64,000 bases of DNA, taken from the NCBI GenBank assembly GCA_964057225.1, contig OZ059898.1, forward strand, positions 620,001 through 684,000, read 5' to 3'. Shown in pieces: positions 58,617 to 64,000 of this stretch. The DNA comes from Auanema rhodensis (lineage: Eukaryota; Animalia; Nematoda). Numbering within the stretch: the stretch's first letter is position 1; each line of letters opens with the position of its first letter. The notes beneath the pieces are model-generated. The model saw only the letters and a program-made list of their open reading frames with translations. It did no database searches and had not been told where the DNA came from. The translations under genes were made by a program, and so were the position numbers.

Positions 58617-61600
58617 TGAAGAATTAATTTTTTCGTTGAATAACATTGTCCATCGTCTTTGCCTTGAAAAAAGGAATCTAAAAACATCTACTTTTTGCTA
58701 AATTATTTTGAAATTTTTCGAAAAAATTTTTGTCAAAATGTTTTTGGAAGCAATGTTGAGTGTACATGGAAACTCAACATACACTAATGCATCATTTTTC
58801 AAACGATCATAACTAATTTTTGTATTAAGCGTTTCTCAATGTAGTATAGTGCATTCGATGCGGATTTTTAAGCTGCGTCGATCTGTGTTATCAGATTTGC
58901 GCTAGCTTAAAAATCCACCGAGATATCAACTGATATAAGTTCACACATATATATCCTCGATTTTCACCCTGAAGAATTAATTTTTTCGTTGAATAACATT
59001 GTCCATCGTCTTTGCCTTGAAAAAAGGAATCTAAAAACATCTACTTTTTGCTAAATTATTTTGAAATTTTTCGAAAAAATTTTTGTCAAAATGTTTTTGG
59101 AAGCAATGTTGAGTGTACATGGAAACTCAACATACACTAATGCATCATTTTTCAAACGATCATAACTAATTTTTGTATTAAGCGTTTCTCAATGTAGTAT
59201 AGTGCATTCGATGCGGATTTTTAAGCTGCGTCGATCCGTGTTATCAGATTTGCGCTAGCTTAAAAATGCACCGAGATATCAACTGATATAAGTTCACACT
59301 TATATCCTCGATTTTCACCCTGAAGAATTAATTTTTTCGTTGAATAACATTGTCCATCGTCTTTGCCTTGAAAAAAGGAATCTAAAAACATCTACTTTTT
59401 GCTAAATTATTTTGAAATTTTTCGAAAAAATTTTTGTCAAAATGTTTTTGGAAGCAATGTTGAGTGTACATGGAAACTCAACATACACTAATGCATCATT
59501 TTTCAAACGATCATAACTAATTTTTGTATTAAGCGTTTCTCAATGTAGTATAGTGCATTCGATGCGGATTTTTAAGCTGCGTCGATCTGTGTTATCAGAT
59601 TTGCGCTAGCTTAAAAATCCACCGAGATATCAACTGATATAAGTTCACACTTATATCCTCGATTTTCACCCTGAAGAATTAATTTTTTCGTTGAATAACA
59701 TTGTCCATCGTCTTTGCCTTGAAAAAAGGAATCTAAAAACATCTACTTTTTGCTAAATTATTTTGAAATTTTTCGAAAAAATTTTTGTCAAAATGTTTTT
59801 GGAAGCAATGTTGAGTGTACATGGAAACTCAACATACACTAATGCATCATTTTTCAAACGATCATAACTAATTTTTGTATTAAGCGTTTCTCAATGTAGT
59901 ATAGTGCATTCGATGCGGATTTTTAAGCTGCGTCGATCTGTGTTATCAGATTTGCGCTAGCTTAAAAATCCACCGAGATATCAACTGATATAAGTTCACA
60001 CATATATATCCTCGATTTTCACCCTGAAGAATTAATTTTTTCGTTGAATAACATTGTCCATCGTCTTTGCCTTGAAAAAAGGAATCTAAAAACATCTACT
60101 TTTTGCTAAATTATTTTGAAATTTTTCGAAAAAATTTTTGTCAAAATGTTTTTGGAAGCAATGTTGAGTGTACATGGAAACTCAACATACACTAATGCAT
60201 CATTTTTCAAACGATCATAACTAATTTTTGTATTAAGCGTTTCTCAATGTAGTATAGTGCATTCGATGCGGATTTTTAAGCTGCGTCGATCCGTGTTATC
60301 AGATTTGCGCTAGCTTAAAAATGCACCGAGATATCATTTGATATAAGTTCACACTTATATCCTCGATTTTCACCCTGAAGAATTAATTTTTTCGTTGAAT
60401 AACATTGTCCATCGTCTTTGCCTTGAAAAAAGGAATCTAAAAACATCTACTTTTTGCTAAATTATTCTGAAATTTTTCGAAAAAATTTTTGTCAAAATGT
60501 TTTTGGAAGCAATGTTGAGTGTACATGGAAACTCAACATACACTAATGCATCATTTTTCAAACGATCATAACTAATTTTTGTATTAAGCGTTTCTCAATG
60601 TAGTATAATGCATTCGATGCGGATTTTTAAGCTGCGTCGATCTGTGTTATCAGATTTGCGCTAGCTTAAAAATCCACCGAGATATCAACTGATATAAGTT
60701 CACACTTATATCCTCGATTTTCACCCTGAAGAATTAATTTTTTCGTTGAATAACATTGTCCATCGTCTTTGCCTTGAAAAAAGGAATCTAAAAACATCTA
60801 CTTTTTGCTAAATTATTTTGAAATTTTTCGAAAAAATTTTTGTCAAAATGTTTTTGGAAGCAATGTTGAGTGTACATGGAAACTCAACATACACTAATGC
60901 ATCATTTTTCAAACGATCATAACTAATTTTTGTATTAAGCGTTTCTCAATGTAGTATAGTGCATTCGATGCGGATTTTTAAGCTGCGTCGATCTGTGTTA
61001 TCAGATTTGCGCTAGCTTAAAAATCCACCGAGATATCAACTGATATAAGTTCACACTTATATCCTCGATTTTCACCCTGAAGAATTAATTTTTTCGTTGA
61101 ATAACAATGTCCATCGTCTTTGCCTTGAAAAAAGGAATCTAAAAACATCTACTTGTTGCTAAATTATTTTGAAATTTTTCGAAAAAATTTTTGTCAAAAT
61201 GTTTTTGGAAGCAATGTTGAGTGTACATGGAAACTCAACATACACTAATGCATTATTTTTCAAACGATCATAACTAATTTTTGTATTAAGCGTTTCTCAA
61301 TGTAGTATAGTGCATTCGATGCGGATTTTTAAGCTGCGTCGATCTGTGTTATCAGATTTGCGCTAGCTTAAAAATCCACCGAGATATCAACTGATATAAG
61401 TTCACACTTATATCCTCGATTTTCACCCTGAAGAATTAATTTTTTCGTTGAATAACAATGTCCATCGTCTTTGCCTTGAAAAAAGGAATCTAAAAACATC
61501 TACTTGTTGCTAAATTATTTTGAAATTTTTCGAAAAAATTTTTGTCAAAATGTTTTTGGAAGCAATGTTGAGTGTACATGGAAACTCAACATACACTAAT

Positions 61601-63895
61601 GCATTATTTTTCAAACGATCATAACTAATTTTTGTATTAAGCGTTTCTCAATGTAGTATAGTGCATTCGATGCGGATTTTTAAGCTGTGTCGATCTGTGT
61701 TATCAGATTTGCGCTAGCTTAAAAATCCACCGAGATATCAACTGATATAAATTCACACTTATATCCTCGATTTTCACCCTGAAGAATTAATTTTTTCGTT
61801 GAATAACATTGTCCATCGTCTTTGCCTTGAAAAAAGGAATCTAAAAACATCTACTTTTTGCTAAATTATTTTGAAATTTTTCGAAAAAATTTTTGTCAAA
61901 ATGTTTTTGGAAGCAATGTTGAGTGTACATGGAAACTCAACATACACTAATGCATCATTTTTCAAACGATCATAACTAATTTTTGTATTAAGCGTTTCTC
62001 AATGTAGTATAGTGCATTCGATGCGGATTTTTAAGCTGCGTCGATCTGTGTTATCAGATTTGCGCTAGCTTAAAAATCCACCGAGATATCAACTGATATA
62101 AGTTCACACATATATATCCTCGATTTTCACCCTGAAGAATTAATTTTTTCGTTGAATAACATTGTCCATCGTCTTTGCCTTGAAAAAAGAAATCTAAAAA
62201 CATCTACTTTTTGCTAAATTATTTTGAAATTTTTCGAAAAAATTTTTGTCAAAATGTTTTTGGAAGCAATGTTGAGTGTACATGGAAACTCAACATACAC
62301 TAATGCATCATTTTTCAAACGATCATAACTAATTTTTGTATTAAGCGTTTCTCAATGTAGTATAGTGCATTCGATGCGGATTTTTAAGCTGCGTCGATCT
62401 GTGTTATCAGATTTGCGCTAGCTTAAAAATCCACCGAGATATCAACTGATATAAGTTCACACATATATATCCTCGATTTTCACCCTGAAGAATTAATTTT
62501 TTCGTTGAATAACATTGTCCATCGTCTTTGCCTTAAAAAAAGGAATCTAAAAACATCTACTTTTTGCTAAATTATTTTGAAATTTTTCGAAAAAATTTTT
62601 GTCAAAATGTTTTTGGAAGCAATGTTGAGTGTACATGGAAACTCAACATACACTAATGCATTATTTTTCAAACGATCATAACTAATTTTTGTATTAAGCG
62701 TTTCTCAATGTAGTATAGTGCATTCGATGCGGATTTTTAAGCTGCGTCGATCTGTGTTATCAGATTTGCGCTAGCTTAAAAATCCACCGAGATATCAACT
62801 GATATAAGTTCACACATATATATCCTCGATTTTCACCCTGAAGAATTAATTTTTTCGTTGAATAACATTGTCCATCGTCTTTGCCTTGAAAAAAGGAATC
62901 TAAAAACATCTACTTTTTGCTAAATTATTTTGAAATTTTTCGAAAAAATTTTTGTCAAAATGTTTTTGGAAGCAATGTTGAGTGTACATGGAAACTCAAC
63001 ATACACTAATGCATTATTTTTCAAACGATCATAACTAATTTTTGTATTAAGCGTTTCTCAATGTAGTATAGTGCATTCGATGCGGATTTTTAAGCTGCGT
63101 CGATCTGTGTTATCAGATTTGCGCTAGCTTAAAAATCCACCGAGATATCAACTGATATAAGTTCACACTTATATCCTCGATTTTCACCCTGGAGAATTAA
63201 TTTTTTCGTTGAATAACATTGTCCATCGTCTTTGCCTTGAAAAAAGGAATCTAAAAACATCTACTTTTTGCTAAATTATTTTGAAATTTTTCGAAAAAAT
63301 TTTTGTCAAAATGTTTTTGGAAGCAATGTTGAGTGTACATGGAAACTCAACATACACTAATGCATCATTTTTCAAACGATCATAACTAATTTTTGTATTA
63401 AGCGTTTCTCAATGTAGTATAGTGCATTCGATGCGGATTTTTAAGCTGCGTCGATCTGTGTTATCAGATTTGCGCTAGCTTAAAAATCCACCGAGATATC
63501 AACTGATATAAGTTCACACATATATATCCTCGATTTTCACCCTGAAGAATTAATTTTTTCGTTGAATAACATTGTCCATCGTCTTTGCCTTAAAAAAAGG
63601 AATCTAAAAACATCTACTTTTTGCTAAATTATTTTGAAATTTTTCGAAAAAATTTTTGTCAAAATGTTTTTGGAAGCAATGTTGAGTGTACATGGAAACT
63701 CAACATACACTAATGCATTATTTTTCAAACGATCATAACTAATTTTTGTATTAAGCGTTTCTCAATGTAGTATAGTGCATTCGATGCGGATTTTTAAGCT
63801 GCGTCGATCTGTGTTATCAGATTTGCGCTAGCTTAAAAATCCACCGAGATATCAACTGATATAAGTTCACACATATATATCCTCGATTTTCACCC
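58617..63895. repeat. Sub-array containing a 353-bp monomer variant (7 copies)
   Basis: CACACTTATATCC is replaced by CACACATATATATCC (net +2) in monomers starting at 58617, 59672, 61780, 62133, 62486, 63190 and 63543. Downstream monomer starts shift by +2 each time. Confidence 0.93.
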
Positions 63896-64000
63896 TGAAG
63901 AATTAATTTTTTCGTTGAATAACATTGTCCATCGTCTTTGCCTTGAAAAAAGGAATCTAAAAACATCTACTTTTTGCTAAATTATTTTGAAATTTTTCGA

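Larger units (their letters stand above)
1..64000. repeat. Tandem satellite DNA array, 351-bp monomer, ~182.3 copies, head-to-tail, continuing beyond both window edges
   Basis: TGAAGAATTAATTTTTTCG recurs at 1, 352, 703, and at 7021 (=1+20x351). Phase shifts by -1 at a T-run deletion (8787-8791) and by +2 at seven alleles after 58.9 kb. The last partial unit starts at 63896. No non-satellite sequence was seen anywhere. Confidence 0.99.

Noticed and set aside
1-64000. CRISPR array or other repeat-spacer system suggested by regularly spaced palindromes
   Set aside because: The sequence between palindromes is identical in every unit. There are no unique spacers, leader or cas genes.
1-64000. Whole array as an artefact (concatemer or rolling-circle amplification of one unit), or a 5S rDNA/tRNA/SL RNA tandem cluster
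   Set aside because: Linked, position-structured SNV haplotypes argue for a real evolved array. I recognised no 5S, tRNA or spliced-leader sequence on either strand.

Overview
The whole 64 kb window is one uninterrupted, head-to-tail array of a 351-bp AT-rich satellite monomer (about 31% GC by hand count). It holds 182 complete monomers plus a 105-bp partial one, all in the same orientation, each differing from the consensus at 0-6 positions. It looks like eukaryotic (peri)centromeric or heterochromatic satellite DNA, but I do not recognise the family. I found no genes, RNA genes, transposon insertions, CRISPR spacers or inversions, and all six reading frames have stop codons within every monomer. 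The informative signal lies at two levels. (1) The monomer is packed with inverted repeats, including a ~55-nt long-stem hairpin, two 9-bp stems and a nested palindromic A/T-tract block. (2) Shared SNVs, read by eye, record the array's history: an incipient 7-monomer higher-order repeat, nested block duplications, a chimeric monomer, a central domain with private variants flanked by two related domains, and a 353-bp variant spreading at the right end. Notation: monomers M1-M183 are numbered from position 1 (start = 1+351(n-1) up to M26, and 351(n-1) for M27-M168). Variants use monomer coordinates, e.g. G299C. I found no evidence of a new protein-coding system.
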